Assembly: GCA_963733195.1 (NCBI GenBank)
Contig: CAVTCR010000003.1
Coordinates: 1-64,000 of the forward strand
DNA: 64,000 nt
Direction of reading: 5' to 3'
Source: an uncultured delta proteobacterium
GTDB taxonomy: Bacteria; Desulfobacterota; Binatia; Bin18
Under the pieces are notes generated by a model. The model had not been told where the DNA came from, made no database searches, and saw only the letters and a list, made by a program, of their open reading frames with translations. Below, one piece after another: positions 11,457 through 22,384 of the stretch (the stretch's first letter is position 1; the number at the start of each line of letters is the position of its first letter). The position numbers were made by a program, and so were the translations under genes.

Positions 11457-12944
11457 ATGTTTATGTCGGCCACGCACGTGTCAAAATCTACCGAGGTACG
11501 CAAGCGGCTGAGTCATCCGGTGATCGACTCCGACGGTCACACTGTCGAGTTCGAGCCTGGCGTCATGGACTATCTGCGCAGCATCGGCGGGCCCAGCATT
11601 ATTGAGCGCTACAAAACTGAACGGACCCAAGGGATGATATCCGGTTTAGGTGGGATGCTGAGTTGGCACCGCCTCTCACCGGAGGAGCGTCGTAATCAGC
11701 GAGTGACAGTTCCGCCCTGGTGGGCGCTACCGGCTAAGAACACGCTTGATCGCGTGACCGCGATGTTACCCAAGCTCCTGTATGAACGGTTGGATGACAT
11801 GGGGTTGGATGTCACAGTCGTCTATCCGACTTTCGGCCTTCTCGCTCCGCATCTCGACGACGAAGAGATCCGCCGCGCCGCCTGTCGCGCGTTCAACTCG
11901 TATCATGCTGACGTGTTTCGCGAATACAATGACCGCATCATTCCAGTAGCAGTGATTCCCATGCATACCCCGCAAGAAGCGGTTGAAGAACTTGAGTATG
12001 CTGTGACGACGTTGGGAATGAAAGCGGTAATGTTGGCTGGCCACGTACTTCGCCCTGTGCCGCATGTCGCACACAACGCGCCGGACATGGCGAAATATGC
12101 CTACTGGCTGGATACGTTCTGTCTGGAAAGCGAATATGACTACGATCCAGTGTGGGCAAAGTGTGTAGAGCTGAAAGTGGCTCCCACCTTCCATTCGGCG
12201 GGAATGGGCTGGGGGCATCGCACGTCGATTTCAACCTACATGTATAATCACATCGGTCATTTCGCCGAAGCCGGCGAAGCGCTGTGCAAGGCGTTGTTCT
12301 TTGGTGGTGTCACAAAACGTTTTCCGACTCTCAAGTTTGCGTTCCTAGAAGGTGGCGTGAGTACCGGCGCGCGACTGTACGCTGATCTCATCGCTCGCTG
12401 GAAGAAACGTAATCCTGAGGCCATTGAAAATTACAATCCGGCGAATCTTAACATGGAGTTAGTCGTGGACCTATGCCGAAGGTATGGCGGTCGCGTGACA
12501 GAAGGGAAGCTTGAGCAATTAAGCACAGCCAGCGGTGCGACGATTAACACCAAGGCCGCGCCGGCCAACACCAACGACTTTGCGCGCAGTGGCGTGACCA
12601 AAGAAGAGGACATTCGCGACCTCTTTGTCCCGCACTTTTATTTTGGCTGCGAGGCAGATGATCCGATGAATGCGACCGCGTTCAACACCAAAGCGAACCC
12701 TTTTGGTCAAAAGATTAAAGCCGTGTACAGCTCAGACATTGGCCATTGGGATGTGCCGGACATGACCGAGGTCACCGAAGAAGCGTACGAGCTAGTGGAA
12801 CATGGTGTGATTACAGAAGACGATTTTCGTGATTTTGTCTTTACTAATCCGACGACACTGTGGACTGGCATGAATCCTGATTTCTTCAAAGGGACGATCG
12901 TCGAAAAGTCGGTGAACCAGTTGATGGCGGCTGGTGCGCAGTAA
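11457..12944 (+). CDS. Amidohydrolase family protein (Amidohydro_2)
   Basis: VIDSDGH, YDPVWAKCVEL..PTFH, FAFLEGG, SSDIGHWD. Confidence 0.9.
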   Translation: MFMSATHVSKSTEVRKRLSHPVIDSDGHTVEFEPGVMDYLRSIGGPSIIERYKTERTQGMISGLGGMLSWHRLSPEERRNQRVTVPPWWALPAKNTLDRVTAMLPKLLYERLDDMGLDVTVVYPTFGLLAPHLDDEEIRRAACRAFNSYHADVFREYNDRIIPVAVIPMHTPQEAVEELEYAVTTLGMKAVMLAGHVLRPVPHVAHNAPDMAKYAYWLDTFCLESEYDYDPVWAKCVELKVAPTFHSAGMGWGHRTSISTYMYNHIGHFAEAGEALCKALFFGGVTKRFPTLKFAFLEGGVSTGARLYADLIARWKKRNPEAIENYNPANLNMELVVDLCRRYGGRVTEGKLEQLSTASGATINTKAAPANTNDFARSGVTKEEDIRDLFVPHFYFGCEADDPMNATAFNTKANPFGQKIKAVYSSDIGHWDVPDMTEVTEEAYELVEHGVITEDDFRDFVFTNPTTLWTGMNPDFFKGTIVEKSVNQLMAAGAQ

Positions 12945-13034
12945 AGGCTGTTCTACAAAGCGCGAACGCTTAGTCGTTCGCGCCAGATTCTTCTGGGGGT
13001 AAGGACTTTATCAGAGGTCGCAGAACCGCTTCAC

Positions 13035-13381
13035 TCATAACCGTATACCTTCTTCCTGAACTTCTGCATGTATTGGTAATACGGTTAACAGGCCTTCATC
13101 CCACGTAGGTTGCTCCACCACCAAACCACTAAGGTTAGTGTCGTACTCTAAATTAATGTCTAGGAGCAATCGGGAAATTTGATTGCGCACTAGATGATTC
13201 GGGAAACTCCCGGAGAACAATCAGCAAATCCTACATCAGACTCCTCATCCGCTTCTCCTCGCACGACTGAGCCAAAGAGCACAATACGATCAACGGCAAA
13301 CTCTGCAGAGATTCGCCTTTTTGTCTCTTGGAGTGCACCCCATAGCTGCTGCGGAAGTTGCAGGTCTGAGAGCGCTTTCAT
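13035..13381 (-). CDS. Minimal nucleotidyltransferase (MNT antitoxin-like); apparent frameshift
   Basis: IVLFGSVVRGEADEESDV (GS..DxD motif) and a C-terminal IHAEVQEEGIRL. Confidence 0.8.
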
Positions 13382-13471
13382 CAAAGATTTCTCCTCAGAG
13401 ATCGGTGATCGCTGGCTGCTGTATCGGCGTGATTGATCGGGGCGGTCTGCAGACCGCCCCGATACTCTTCC

Positions 13472-14581
13472 TCAATTCAACTTGTAGAGCTGTATCGCAC
13501 TTTCGGCCAACACTTGCCGCCGATACTTCTTCGGCAATTTATCGGCAATCATCTTCGGCGCGCCAGGAAAGAACCCATCAGGATGCGGATAGTCGGTCGC
13601 CCAGAGAATCCGATCTGGACCAAGGTAGTCGGCAAGCACCGACAAGCTGCCTTCCACCGGCTCGAAAGCAATCCAGCACTGCCGCTTGAAATACTCGCTC
13701 GGCAGCATCTTCAGCGTCGTGTCATTGAAGACCCCATTGTCATCGAAGTGACGATCCATGCGATCGAGCCATGGTGCAATCCAGCCGCCACCTGATTCGA
13801 GGAACGCGAAGCGTACTTTTGGGAACCGTTCACAGACGCCACCCCAGATCACACTCAAACTGGCGAGCATCATCTCGACTGTGTGAGAAACAATGTGTTT
13901 GGCGCCCGGGCTCTCGAAACGCTCGACACCCGCCGCTGGCATGCCACCAGTGCCTTCATGGATGCCAATAGCAAAATCAAGCTCCTGCGCTTCGGCCCAG
14001 AACGGATCATACGACGGGTCACTCAGCATGCGATTGTTGTAGGGATTAGGACGAAGGAAACCGCTACGCATGCCTAACTGCTTGCGCGCGTACTTCATCT
14101 CTTCGATCGCCAGTTCGACTGATTGCATCGGCAGCATCGCCACGCCAAAGAGGCGATCAGGATACGGCTTGCAGTAATCTGCCAGCCAACGGTTGTAGGC
14201 GCGGCAAACAGCGGCAGCCAGCAGCGGATCTTGAATCGCACCAGACAGTAGACCAAGCGTGGGATAGAGAAACACGGCGTCAATGCCATCGAGGTCGAGA
14301 TCAGGAATACGCGCATGCGGATCGAACCCACCTTTTCTGCCTTCGACATAGCGGATGTCCTGCCTAGCGGCACCTTGGCGCGCACCAATAGCTCCGGCAA
14401 AGCCAAGTCCTTTTGCACCACCAATCATACGGCCTTCGATCAGCAGGCGCTCTTTGCCATCAGCATCGACTTTGAGTTGTGGTGCACGGTCGCGGAACTG
14501 CGGGTCCAGGTACTCTACCCAAAAGTTAGGCGGCTCCAATACATGTCCATCGGAATCAATAACGTTGTACGTTCGGCCCAT
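13472..14581 (-). CDS. Amidohydrolase family protein (Amidohydro_2)
   Basis: VIDSDGHVLEP, AYNRWLADYC, FLESGGGW, ATDYPHPD. Confidence 0.9.
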   Translation of the reverse strand: MGRTYNVIDSDGHVLEPPNFWVEYLDPQFRDRAPQLKVDADGKERLLIEGRMIGGAKGLGFAGAIGARQGAARQDIRYVEGRKGGFDPHARIPDLDLDGIDAVFLYPTLGLLSGAIQDPLLAAAVCRAYNRWLADYCKPYPDRLFGVAMLPMQSVELAIEEMKYARKQLGMRSGFLRPNPYNNRMLSDPSYDPFWAEAQELDFAIGIHEGTGGMPAAGVERFESPGAKHIVSHTVEMMLASLSVIWGGVCERFPKVRFAFLESGGGWIAPWLDRMDRHFDDNGVFNDTTLKMLPSEYFKRQCWIAFEPVEGSLSVLADYLGPDRILWATDYPHPDGFFPGAPKMIADKLPKKYRRQVLAESAIQLYKLN

Positions 14582-14875
14582 GTGTGTCCCCTCCTTTTTA
14601 CTCGACGTATTTTTATGTTTAGCGTCCTACCATCTTACATTCGGCGAATCTATATTGCTGGGGTCAGAGTGTCTGCCTATTCTCGATAACATTCACACAA
14701 CCACCACGCAGGTCAGCTCTTGGAACTTTGCAACGGGTCATTTCACTGAGCAGTACTTTCTGCCCCCATATCCCCCTTTTCTCTTTCGAGAGGTGACAGG
14801 GTGTAACGACGTCTTCTTCGCAGTGTCCATACCGTAGGAAATGCCCTAGACGAGATAGCCAAAGCGCTTTAAGAG

Positions 14876-15017
14876 CAATGGAAAATGGAGAATGGAGAAT
14901 GGAGAATGGAGAATGAAAAGAGACAGTCTTTCATTCGCAACTCTTCATTCCTCATTCTTAATTTTCCATTTTTAACTCTTCTTTTTTACATTTTTAATTT
15001 TTCATTCTTAATTTTTA
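14876..15017. repeat. Inverted arrays of heptamer repeats
   Basis: (aatggag)x4 followed by pyrimidine-rich ttcattc/ttaattt complements. Confidence 0.8.
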
Positions 15018-15029
15018 CTTGCGACGACT

Positions 15030-15587
15030 ATGCTTTCTCCCACTCCTTCTCGCTCGCTCTCCCTCACGGTGTACTGTGCTTCGAGTAAACGCGTCTCACA
15101 GAACTATCTCGATGTTGCAACCGAAATGGGCCGGTTGATCGCACAGCGCGGCCACACGCTCGTGTATGGAGGTGGTAATATCGGGCTCATGGGGGCGTTA
15201 GCCCAGGCCGCCCTTACGCATGGGGGGAAAGTCAGAGGAGTTATTCTCGCGGAGTTTATCGAGAAAGGATATGCCCAAGACGGGCACGAAATGCATTCGG
15301 TAGATGACATGCGATCCCGTAAGCGCGGTCTTGACGAATTTGGCGACGCCTACATCGCTCTTCCCGGCGGCTTTGGGACACTCGAAGAAATTCTGGAAAT
15401 GATTTCGTTTAAGCAACTCGGCTTTCATCACAAGCCCATTGTCTTTGTGAATACCAATGGATACTTTGACGGCCTGTTACGACAGTTCGAGCGCGGGTTC
15501 GCCGAAGCGTTCATTCATGAGCGATTTCGCGACTTGTATATCGCTGTCGCCACACCGGGAGAGGCACTCGCCGTCATCGAACAATAA
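15030..15587 (+). CDS. LOG family phosphoribohydrolase (TIGR00730)
   Basis: LVYGGGNIGLMG, ALPGGFGTLEE, HHKPIV. Confidence 0.92.
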   Translation: MLSPTPSRSLSLTVYCASSKRVSQNYLDVATEMGRLIAQRGHTLVYGGGNIGLMGALAQAALTHGGKVRGVILAEFIEKGYAQDGHEMHSVDDMRSRKRGLDEFGDAYIALPGGFGTLEEILEMISFKQLGFHHKPIVFVNTNGYFDGLLRQFERGFAEAFIHERFRDLYIAVATPGEALAVIEQ

Positions 15588-15610
15588 TCACAAAAGGAGA
15601 TTCTTTCTGT

Positions 15611-16540
15611 ATGGTACAGCCCCAAGCCGGGATTGTCCCCAACCCAAGCCCTAACGCACTGTTCCTCGTCTTGCGAGTACGCAATGCTGCCACCAACGGG
15701 AAAGCGGTCGCCAAAGTCGCAGCCAGCGTACCAGCCCTTACTGCCAAGGTTGGCGAGATCGATCCCCATGCCAAGCTCGTCTGCACAGTGAGTTTTGGCT
15801 CCCAGTTCTGGGATGCCATTTCGCCACAGAAACGACCAGCCGGACTGCGTCCCTTCAAAGCTATCAGCAATGGCAGCCTCAGTGCGCCAAGCACTGGCGG
15901 TGATCTTCTTTTACATATTCTCTCCAAGCGGCACGACTTGAACTTTGAACTCGCTATGCGTATTCGGACGCAACTCGGTGACATGGTCGAGGTCATGGAT
16001 GAAGTCCACGGTTTTCAGTACCTCGACTCACGTGACTTGACTGGCTTTATCGACGGCACAGAAAATCCCAAAGGCAACAAAGACCGAACCGAAGTCGCAT
16101 TGATCGGCAAAGAGGACACAGCCTTTGCCGGGGGAAGTTACGTCTTCACTCAGCGCTATGTCCACAACTTAAAGAAGTGGGCAACCGTTCCGCTGCCAGA
16201 ACAAGAAGGAGCTATTGGTCGCAAGAAAAAAGACAGCAAAGAATTATCAGATAAACTTAAACCAGCGACCGCGCATATCAGCCGTGTTGTGATGGAAGAA
16301 AACGGCCAGGAGCTGGAAATCGTGCGCCATAGTTTTCCGTATGGCACGGTGTCGGAATCCGGCCTGTTCTTTATCGCCTATACAAAAAACCTCGACATTC
16401 CAGAAAAAATGCTCAGGCGCATGTATGGCACGGCTGGGGATGGATTACACGATCAGCTGATGGACTTCGCCCAAGCAGTCACCGGTGCGACGTTCTTTGC
16501 TCCATCACTGCCAATGCTGAAATCGCTTGGGTCGCGATAA
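15611..16540 (+). CDS. Dyp-type peroxidase (YfeX/DypB-like)
   Basis: RDLTGFIDGTENP, proximal His in AHISR, IVRHSFPYG, TGATFFAPS. Confidence 0.92.
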   Translation: MVQPQAGIVPNPSPNALFLVLRVRNAATNGKAVAKVAASVPALTAKVGEIDPHAKLVCTVSFGSQFWDAISPQKRPAGLRPFKAISNGSLSAPSTGGDLLLHILSKRHDLNFELAMRIRTQLGDMVEVMDEVHGFQYLDSRDLTGFIDGTENPKGNKDRTEVALIGKEDTAFAGGSYVFTQRYVHNLKKWATVPLPEQEGAIGRKKKDSKELSDKLKPATAHISRVVMEENGQELEIVRHSFPYGTVSESGLFFIAYTKNLDIPEKMLRRMYGTAGDGLHDQLMDFAQAVTGATFFAPSLPMLKSLGSR

Positions 16541-16621
16541 TCACAAGGGAACATGAAGTCTTCAGTGTGGCCTGCCTGCACCGCACTAGACGGCCCGCCA
16601 TGGCATGAAGTTACGTCGGAT

Positions 16622-16880
16622 GTCATTGCGAGTCTACCCATAGTGCGGCGCTAAGCGTGGAGGGAGAAACTGATGCTCCTGGATTCCGGGTCTCGCGCGC
16701 TTGCCCGGAATGACGGGCATGTGTTGCGTCATTCCAGCGAAAGCTGGAATCCAGGGAGGCAGTGGGCGGAGCATTTTGTTTCTGAGCAGCGACCCACAAG
16801 AGCGAAGCAATCTTTGCCTTCCTGAGGGGATTGCTTCGCGAAGTTTATCCTGAGCGTGTCGAAGGGCTCCTCGCAATGAC
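16622..16880. repeat. Nested palindromic MITE/REP mosaic
   Basis: Outer ends gtcattgcgag / ctcgcaatgac with an internal gaagcaatc / gattgcttc pair. Nested inside: ctggattccggg..cccggaatgac, gtcattccagcgaaagctggaatccag and cctgagcgtgtcgaagg. Confidence 0.8.
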
Positions 16881-17072
16881 TTAGACTCTGTAACTTAACA
16901 GCGTTGAACAGCCTGCTCTTTGCCACATTGACCTCCTGGGACTGGTCCTTTATTCTCCCGGCACGGGCATTCAGGACAGAGGGTATCTAAATTGAATATT
17001 CCCGCTTATCAGGCAACGACAGGGGGTATTTATGCTCCTAATATCGAACAGAATTCCTACAGGAGGTTTGTA

Positions 17073-19625
17073 ATGTCGTTTTTGACCCTTGGAGTACGTA
17101 TCCTAGGCCGCAGTTGTACGTTTCCGCAGCTACGATGTGGCGGACAGCATGAGAACGCTTCGAGTTGCTGGCAACAGAGTTTCGTCGGGATAATTCGCAG
17201 TCTCCTCACATTTGCTCTGCTCTTGGTCGCGTCTGCTGCGTCGGCCAGCGAGATAGACCTCGTTTTGCCTGATCTGTCCACTGCCGAGTTCTTCGGGATG
17301 GAGGGTAATTCATTCCTCATGCTCGGCCTCCTTGTCTGCGTCGGTGGTATGATCTTCGGGTTGAAGATCTATAAAGAACTGGAAAACATGCCTGTGCATC
17401 GCTCGATGCGCGAGATTTCGGAACTGATTTACGAGACCTGTAAAACCTACCTGATCACCCAAGGAAAATTCATCCTTGTTCTCGAGGTGTTGATCGGCGC
17501 TATCATGGTTGTCTATTTCGGCTTCTTGGAGCACAACCCCGCCAGCCAAGTGCTGATCATCCTTTTCTTTAGCCTTGTCGGCATCGCCGGTAGCTATGGT
17601 GTCGCCTGGTTCGGTATCCGCATCAACACCTTTGCTAATTCGCGCACTGCGTTCGCCGCACTCGCCGGGAAGCCATTCCCCTGCTACTCCATCCCGCTTA
17701 AAGCAGGCATGAGCATCGGCATGCTTTTGATCAGCGTTGAGCTGTTCATCATGCTCTGCATTCTTCTCTTCATCCCAGGCGATATGCCGGGTCGTGCTTT
17801 ATCGGTTTTGCCATCGGTGAATCGCTCGGTGCTTCGGCCTTACGCATCGCCGGCGGTATTTTCACCAAGATCGCTGACATCGGCGCTGACCTGATGAAGA
17901 TCGTCTTCAAAATCAAAGAAGACGATGCGCGTAACCCTGGCGTGATCGCCGACTGTACCGGGGACAACGCCGGAGATTCCGTCGGTCCCAGCGCGGATGG
18001 CTTCGAGACGTATGGTGTTACAGGTGTCGCGCTCATCACTTTCATCCTCCTCGCCATCGAGCCTGAATATCAGGTGCTATTGCTCGTGTGGATCTTCATG
18101 ATGCGCATTGTCATGGTCATCGCCTCTGGGGCCTCATATGCTCTGAATGAAGCGATCGCGAAGGGGCGTTACGGCACTGTCGACCACATGAACTTTGAAG
18201 CGCCGTTGACACAACTGGTGTGGATCACTTCGATTGTCTCGGTCGTGCTGACTTACCTTGTGTCACTGGTGCTCATTGGCAACATGGGTGACGGCACGCT
18301 CTGGTGGAAGCTCTCCACGATTATCACCTGTGGCACCCTCGCCGGGGCAGTGATCCCGGAAGTGGTTAAGATCTTCACCTCAACCGAATCCGGCCACGTC
18401 CGCGAAGTCGTCACCGCCTCACGCGAAGGCGGAGCCTCACTGAATGTGCTCTCCGGCTTAACCGCGGGCAATTTCAGCGCCTATTGGATGGGTGTAGTAA
18501 TCGTCAGCCTGATGGGAATTGCGTACTTAGTGAGCGGCGAAGGGACTTGGGGTATTGATGAGGAGTTCGTTCTCTATCAACCCAGCCCCAGTCTTTGCCT
18601 TCGGTTTGGTCGCGTTTGGCTTTCTTGGGATGGGACCGGTAACGATTGCCGTCGATTCCTACGGTCCGGTGACCGACAATGCTCAGTCAGTCTACGAACT
18701 CTCGCTCATTGAGAATATCCCCGACATTAAGGAAGAGATCAGACGTGACTTCGGCTTCTTTCCAGAATTTGAAAAAGCTAAGCAGTACCTCGAAGAAAAC
18801 GATGGTGCAGGGAATACATTCAAAGCAACGGCAAAACCAGTGCTGATTGGCACGGCAGTAGTCGGTGCGACGACGATGATCTTCTCGATTATCGTCCTGC
18901 TCACGGGCCTAAGGGCAGAAAACATGGCGTTCCTGTCCTTGTTACATGCGCCGTTCCTTCTCGGTCTTATCAGTGGCGGAGCGGTGATCTTCTGGTTTGC
19001 TGGCGCGTCAACCCAAGCCGTGTCAACCGGTGCGTATCGCGCCGTCGAGTTTATAAAAAATAACATAAAGTTAGAGGGTGTCGAGAAAGCCTCGGTGGAA
19101 GACAGTAAAAAGGTAGTGGAGATTTGCACCCAATATGCGCAAGCCGGCATGATTAACATCTTTCTCACCATTTTCTTCAGTACCCTAGCCTTCGCCTGCT
19201 TAGAGCCGTATTTCTTCATCGGCTATTTAGTCTCAATTGCGCTCTTCGGTCTCTTCCAAGCCATCTTCATGGCGAATGCCGGTGGCGCGTGGGACAATGC
19301 CAAGAAGATCGTCGAGGTTGAACTCAAAGAAAAAGGGTCAGACCTCCATGCCGCCACTATCGTCGGCGATACCGTAGGTGATCCGTTCAAAGACACCTCG
19401 TCGGTGTCAATGAATCCGGTGATCAAGTTCACGACGCTCTTTGGCCTGTTGGCAGTCGAACTCGCCATTACAATGGACTCAGGAACGGCACACATGCTGG
19501 CGGGGTTGTTTTTCGTCGCCTCACTCGTTTTTGTGTGGCGGTCGTTCTACGGTATGCGGATTACTACAGAGAAAGGACACCAAAATGCGAGGGGTGAAGT
19601 GTCTACGGTCTCGCATTCCGCTTAA
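17073..19625 (+). CDS. hppA: Membrane-bound H+-translocating pyrophosphatase, K+-independent divergent type (apparent frameshifts near 17785 and 18570)
   Basis: [71 protein letters not shown]. Confidence 0.93.
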
Positions 19626-19673
19626 GTGAGTAGAGCCCAGGTGAGAACTGGGGGAACCAACAAAATGGGACAA

Positions 19674-19775
19674 CAGATAAAGGAGAAGGGAGAAGGGCAA
19701 GAAACGTGAGGACATTCTCTCTCCTCATCCCATTTCGTTCTTTATCCTTTGCCCCTTATCCTTTATCCCCTCCCT
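19674..19775. repeat. Inverted heptamer arrays
   Basis: ataaagg/agaaggg units followed by cctttat/ccctttg-type units. Confidence 0.6.
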
Positions 19776-19845
19776 CACCTCTTGTGCTCCTTTCATAATT
19801 TAGGTAGATTCTTCTCAGTTCCTACCATCCTTAAGGAGGAAACTG

Positions 19846-20709
19846 ATGGCAAATGCAACTCTTTCTTCGCCCGGACAACGGGTAACGTACAAAACTGATG
19901 CAGGACTCAACCTAGTTGGCGACGCTTGGGGAGATCCCGTTCACCCTCCCATTTTATTCCTGCATGGCGGCGGACAGACGCGTTTTGCCTGGGGCGGCAC
20001 CGCCCGCACGTTGGCAGCGCAAGGCTGGTACGCCGTTTCGTTAGATCTTCGTGGCCATGGCGAGTCAGACTGGGCACCAGATGGCAACTATATAATCGAC
20101 TCGTACGTCGCCGACATTCGCTCCGTATTGCGCCACTTCCAGAAGAAACCGGTCTTCGTCGGAGCCTCACTTGGTGGCATCACTTCATTAATCACCATTG
20201 GTGAGTCTTCTGAACCTGTCGCTTCAGGCGTTGTGTTGGTTGACATTACTCCGCGCACAGAAACCGAAGGGGTCGACCGCATTCGTGCCTTTATGACCGG
20301 GAACCCCAACGGCTTCGCCAATTTGGAAGAAGCGGCTGACGCGGTCGCAGCCTACATTCCCCACCGTCCACGGCCGAAGGACCTCACCGGGCTCGCCAAG
20401 AATCTTCGCTTAGGCCCTGATGGTCGCTATCGGTGGCATTGGGACCCGCAGATGATGAACCCGGCGCGTTTCCGGCGTGACCCAGAGCGTTTGCTCGCCG
20501 CTTCGCGTGCACTGAGCGTTCCTACCTTACTTGTGCGTGGCAAACTCAGTGATGTTATCAGTGATGAAACGGTGAAAGAGTTTCTTGATGCGGTTCCGCA
20601 TGCCCAATACGCTGATGTCACTGATGCCGGCCACATGGTCGCTGGTGACCAGAATGACATCTTCAGCAAAGCGGTGATTGATTTTTTAGCGGGCGTGAAG
20701 CCGATCTGA
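19846..20709 (+). CDS. Alpha/beta hydrolase
   Basis: LHGGGQ, DLRGHG, nucleophile GASLGG, AGHMVAGD. Confidence 0.9.
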   Translation: MANATLSSPGQRVTYKTDAGLNLVGDAWGDPVHPPILFLHGGGQTRFAWGGTARTLAAQGWYAVSLDLRGHGESDWAPDGNYIIDSYVADIRSVLRHFQKKPVFVGASLGGITSLITIGESSEPVASGVVLVDITPRTETEGVDRIRAFMTGNPNGFANLEEAADAVAAYIPHRPRPKDLTGLAKNLRLGPDGRYRWHWDPQMMNPARFRRDPERLLAASRALSVPTLLVRGKLSDVISDETVKEFLDAVPHAQYADVTDAGHMVAGDQNDIFSKAVIDFLAGVKPI

Positions 20710-20711
20710 AA

Positions 20712-20955
20712 AAAGTAGTCAGTAGCCAGCATTCAGTAGTCAGTAGGGACAGAGATAAAGGATAAACGGCGAAACGAGAAAATGGAGAAAAGGTAGCACC
20801 AAGGCGAAATGATAAAAGAAAAACTCCTCCCTGTGTCGCCTTTTCCCCTCTTTGCCCTTTCACTTATCTTCGCCTACCTTTCCTCTTTCCTTACTTTTGC
20901 CTTTTGATTTCCTTTCGCTTTCCCCCCTTAACCTTCAGCCTGAGGCCTATAACCT
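20712..20955. repeat. Mosaic of 7-8-mer tandem repeats in inverted arrangement
   Basis: agtagtc/agtagcc units, then aaacggcg-type units, then ttcgcc/ttttgcc/cttttcc complements. Confidence 0.6.
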
Positions 20956-21036
20956 AGCTTCGTGTCTTGTCCCCGCCCTCCTCTCCATGTAGAGTCCTGC
21001 CCATTCTGTACCTCGGTTCGCCACAAGGAGGGGAAC

Positions 21037-22329
21037 ATGGCGTTGCCGGTTCGCTACCATATGATTGGGCTACTGTTTCTGGGCTCAGTTGTTAACTATG
21101 TCGATCGCGTCAATATCTCCGTCGCCGCCCCAGTCATGATGAAGGAACTCGGCTGGACAAAGGATGAGTTCGGCTGGGTGTTCTCTGCGTTTCTCATTGG
21201 CTACGCGTTGCTACAAATTCCCGGTGGAGTGATTGCCGACCGCTGGAGCGGGCGAAAAGTCCTTGCCCTCGCCTTTTGCGGATTCTCTGTGTTTACCTTT
21301 CTGACCCCATGGGGGGCGAATGCTTTTTTTCTGCTTTTGGCTATGCGTTTCTTCGTTGGCGTTTTTGAGTCGATGACGTTTCCCGCTACTGCCTCGATTA
21401 ACTCCCGGTGGATTCCACGACCGGAGTTTGGTCTCGCGCATACGTTTAGCATCTCAGGAATTACGGCTGGCCAGATGGTCGCCTATCCGCTGACGACCTG
21501 GATCATCTTACACAGTAACTGGCAGACTGTCTTTTACGTCAACGCCGTGTTCGGTCTTGTCTGGGTTGCGGTGTGGTTGTGGTACGCCCATGACACACCA
21601 GCGTCTCATCCTCGCGTAAGCCAAGCGGAGCGTGAGTACATTGAATCACAGATTCCACCACGACCGGCAACCGATCTGCCATTACAAGTGGTCTTTACCA
21701 ATCTCCCCTTATTGACCATCGCGTTCGGCTACATGTGTTTCGCCTACGTCGGCTGGATGTTCCTCTTCTGGATACCAACCTATCTCGTGGAAGCACGAGG
21801 GTATCCACTCGGCATCATGGGGATCTTGGGCATTCCGCTACAAGGCAGTGCGTTTATCGGCCTCGTTGGTGGCGGCATGCTCGGTGATTGGCTGTTACGC
21901 AATGGATGGAGTTCTCAGTTCGTTCGTGCGCGTATGGGTGGGATTGGCCTCGCGCTCTCGATCCCGTTTCTCCTTGCTGGCGCCTTGGTTCCCTCTGCCT
22001 CCCTGTGCGTGATCTGTTTGATTATCTTTTACGGATTATTTACCAGCGCCCTGTCGTGCTATTCCACTGTGGCAATCGAGTTTAACCAACACCTCGCCGG
22101 AGCGATCTTTGGTCTGATTAACACGCTCGGCACCTTCGCTGGGTTTCTTGGGCCACTCACAGCTGGTTATATGTTGACTGGGAGCGGTGGCAACTGGCTT
22201 ATTCCCTTTTTTGTCGATGCAGCAATCGCCGCTGTCAGTGCCCTGATTTTACTCACCGTCCCGGTCCGCCCGATCAAAGTCGAAGGCATCTCTCCGGCTG
22301 CTGTCCCTGTAGGGGGAATGGCACATTGA
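21037..22329 (+). CDS. MFS transporter, anion:cation symporter (ACS) family
   Basis: NYVDRVNISVA, QIPGGVIADRWSGRK, about 12 TM segments. Confidence 0.9.
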   Translation: MALPVRYHMIGLLFLGSVVNYVDRVNISVAAPVMMKELGWTKDEFGWVFSAFLIGYALLQIPGGVIADRWSGRKVLALAFCGFSVFTFLTPWGANAFFLLLAMRFFVGVFESMTFPATASINSRWIPRPEFGLAHTFSISGITAGQMVAYPLTTWIILHSNWQTVFYVNAVFGLVWVAVWLWYAHDTPASHPRVSQAEREYIESQIPPRPATDLPLQVVFTNLPLLTIAFGYMCFAYVGWMFLFWIPTYLVEARGYPLGIMGILGIPLQGSAFIGLVGGGMLGDWLLRNGWSSQFVRARMGGIGLALSIPFLLAGALVPSASLCVICLIIFYGLFTSALSCYSTVAIEFNQHLAGAIFGLINTLGTFAGFLGPLTAGYMLTGSGGNWLIPFFVDAAIAAVSALILLTVPVRPIKVEGISPAAVPVGGMAH

Positions 22330-22384
22330 ATGTTCTTTGTAGTAGAGAAGCACTGATCGCGATTTTCCACAGGAGGAGGATCAT

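Noticed and set aside
11311-15017. Repeat arrays as CRISPR
   Set aside because: Units are degenerate 7-mers without unique spacers, and there are no cas genes.
15611-16540. DyP as encapsulin cargo
   Set aside because: It ends at LKSLGSR without a linker plus LxIGSL-type targeting peptide, and there is no encapsulin gene nearby.
16634-16926. Short ORFs over the repeat mosaic, and similar ones at 9197-9568, 11171-11503 and 14885-15088
   Set aside because: They are translations of palindromic or heptamer repeats, or shadows of real genes.
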